Of a stretch of 64,000 bases of DNA, positions 62,204 to 64,000 are shown one piece after another. A program made the position numbers and the translations under genes. The notes beneath the pieces are model-generated. The model searched no databases. It had not been told where the DNA came from and saw nothing but the letters and a program-made list of their open reading frames with translations. Each line of letters opens with the position of its first letter. Within the stretch, counting starts at the first letter, position 1. The stretch comes from Podarcis erhardii (lineage: Eukaryota), in assembly GCA_964252035.1 (NCBI GenBank), contig OZ176202.1; one strand, given 5' to 3'.

Positions 62204-63944
62204 TATATATATATATAATAATATTTATTAAAAATTTCCAAATATAACAAAGAAAGAAAAATTAAAAAAAAATAAAACATCCACTTTAAACCTTATTTTC
62301 ATTAACATCTTTCCAGGACTTCCCCACCCCACCCCCTTTTGTATTCCAGTTCCTTCAGATAGATTCAGCAAGTTCTTACCCCAAATTTTGGACTTATTAT
62401 CATTGACCCAATGTTAAAAATATTTTCCCATCCCCTAAAATCGACCCCTGTTCCCTTCCACGAGTTCCCCTCTTTAATATACAGAACAGAATAGGATAAT
62501 AAGAATAAAAAAAAATAAAGTATAGTTTTACACCCTTTGGATTCCAAATTTCCCTCCCCCCTTTCCCGGTTGCGTTCCCCAATGTCCATCAATCTGCTGT
62601 CATCCTGGAGATCCCACATCTAGGCCGAAATCCTTCACAAATCCACTTTGCCGTCTTTTTAATAGTCTTTTGCCGTCTTTTTGGTCTTCTTTAGTTTCGA
62701 ACATCCAATCTTGGGAGGACTCTATCTCAAGAGGGTCCATTTTTTCCATCCAGATCTCTATATTTAAGAGTAAAAACTCCAATTTTATTTCTTTAGACCT
62801 TTCAAATCTGGATATCCCAAATGTTCCCACTTCCAGCTTTGTCCAATTCTTGTTGTTCTAGTTGTTCTTGTTGTTCTCTCTCCTCACTTTCCTCTGGTTT
62901 CTTTTCCTGCTCCACTGCAAAAATGTTCTAGTTCCAAAAGCTTTTAATTCCTCTACAGAGGCTTTGTTATTGAGAAACAAAACCTTACGTCAAGTCCCTT
63001 CCATTCTTCAATAGATAAATCTATTGTCTCCTTTAGTGTAGAGACCTCTGTAGACAAAATAATGTTCCATTTCTGCAGTTTTCCCAGGAGATAAAAAGTC
63101 CTATTCAAATTCCATGTCAACAATACTTGTAGTGTTCCACGGCCCCTCTAGAGGGATTATAATAACTCAGTTTCTTTCCAGATCACACCCAACAGTCAAA
63201 GTAACTTCTTGTCCCTTGTTTTCAATAATTTATATCAAATTGTAACAAATGTAACCGGCAAAGCCCTCGTAACAAAGTTCTCTTTTTATTCTTCAACTTT
63301 GACAGCTCCTTTGACAGCTGTCAAAGCTTCTATTTCTCCTCACCAGGCGCTCTCGTGGATCGCTCCCGGTTCCCGGGGGGGTTACATTTTAGTTCATACG
63401 TTCCACTTTTCTCCTCCAGCACAGTCTTATAATTTTCCATCGTGAAATTAATAACTTTATCAATATAAGGTGGCTCTCGATCTTAGTTGTCAAATCCTTT
63501 GCTTTAAATCCTCTACAACAGGGGGGAGACGGACTTCCTTTTTGCACCTCCCCCGCTCGCTCCGAATTTTTTTTTAAAAAAAATTTCCCTTTTAAGTCCG
63601 ATTTCCGATTACTCACGGGTTGTTCTTTTTAGTCCAGATTTTCAATGGAAGAAGTCAGCGCTCTCCGTCAAATGGCATGCGGCTTTGCTCGGCAGGGGAA
63701 GCGGAGGACTCATAGCACCACACCACCCCCCGTCCCCCTCTCCATAGCCTTTAAAAAGGCTCCTTCGCGGGTCGGGGGGCGCAAACGGTGCCCGCCGAGT
63801 CACCATGTCCATGGGTTTCAACGCCCATGGTTTTTGAGGGTCCCCGCATCGCCGGCGCGGTAGGACCCAGCCCCTGCCGAGCAGGCTCCCTCCGGAGCTC
63901 GGAAGGAGTCCGCCATTCGGCGATGGCGCCAACCCGGAAGTCCA
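62204..63944 (-). mobile_element. Full-length non-autonomous L1-type retroposon (1.74 kb; HAL1-like layout but no intact ORF)
   Basis: 17-bp TSD ccaagatttgattttta (62187-62203 / 63945-63961) ending in a TTTTT/AA L1-endonuclease-type site; GC/CpG-rich 5' region starting ggacttccggg; degenerate acidic ORF remnants in 62600-63120; L1-like 3' UTR with G-run, aataaa and (AT)n tail. Confidence 0.8.
63905..63944 (-). promoter_or_regulatory. Putative internal Pol II promoter of the 1.74-kb element (ETS and YY1-like sites)
   Basis: acttccgg (ETS/GABP core) at the extreme 5' end and ccgccatt (YY1-like) at about 63910-63917, analogous to the YY1 site in mammalian L1 5' UTRs. Motif match only. Confidence 0.45.
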
Positions 63945-64000
63945 CCAAGATTTGATTTTTAACACTGTAATGAGGCACAAGTTGTGCTATCATTACACAC

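Overview
Repeat-rich, AT-rich vertebrate DNA with no intact, recognisable host gene. Sauria SINEs and squamate-type L1, L2 and CR1 repeats and MITEs point to a squamate, probably a lacertid lizard (inference). The window is probably intronic or intergenic. Best-supported elements: (1) a near-complete 3.1-kb Rex1/Babar-type LINE (58969-62089, minus). Its single APE+RT ORF is broken only by one TGA (probably from CGA), and it is flanked by an identical 56-bp target-site duplication (TSD). (2) Only 41 bp beyond its right TSD, a 1.74-kb full-length, TSD-flanked, non-coding L1-type element with a GC-rich internal promoter (62204-63944, minus). (3) Two copies of one young L1 family in inverted orientation. 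(4) Two solo LTRs of one family carrying a duplicated octamer/CCAAT module plus a TATA box, and a third unrelated solo LTR. (5) Penelope-like tails with hammerhead-ribozyme cores. (6) Tc1/mariner and hAT MITEs, SINEs, L2/CR1 fragments, microsatellites and local tandem duplications. Two minus-strand exon-like segments near 14.8 and 16.3 kb hint at an unidentified host transcript. All alignments were done by eye; family names come from recalled consensus features, not database searches.
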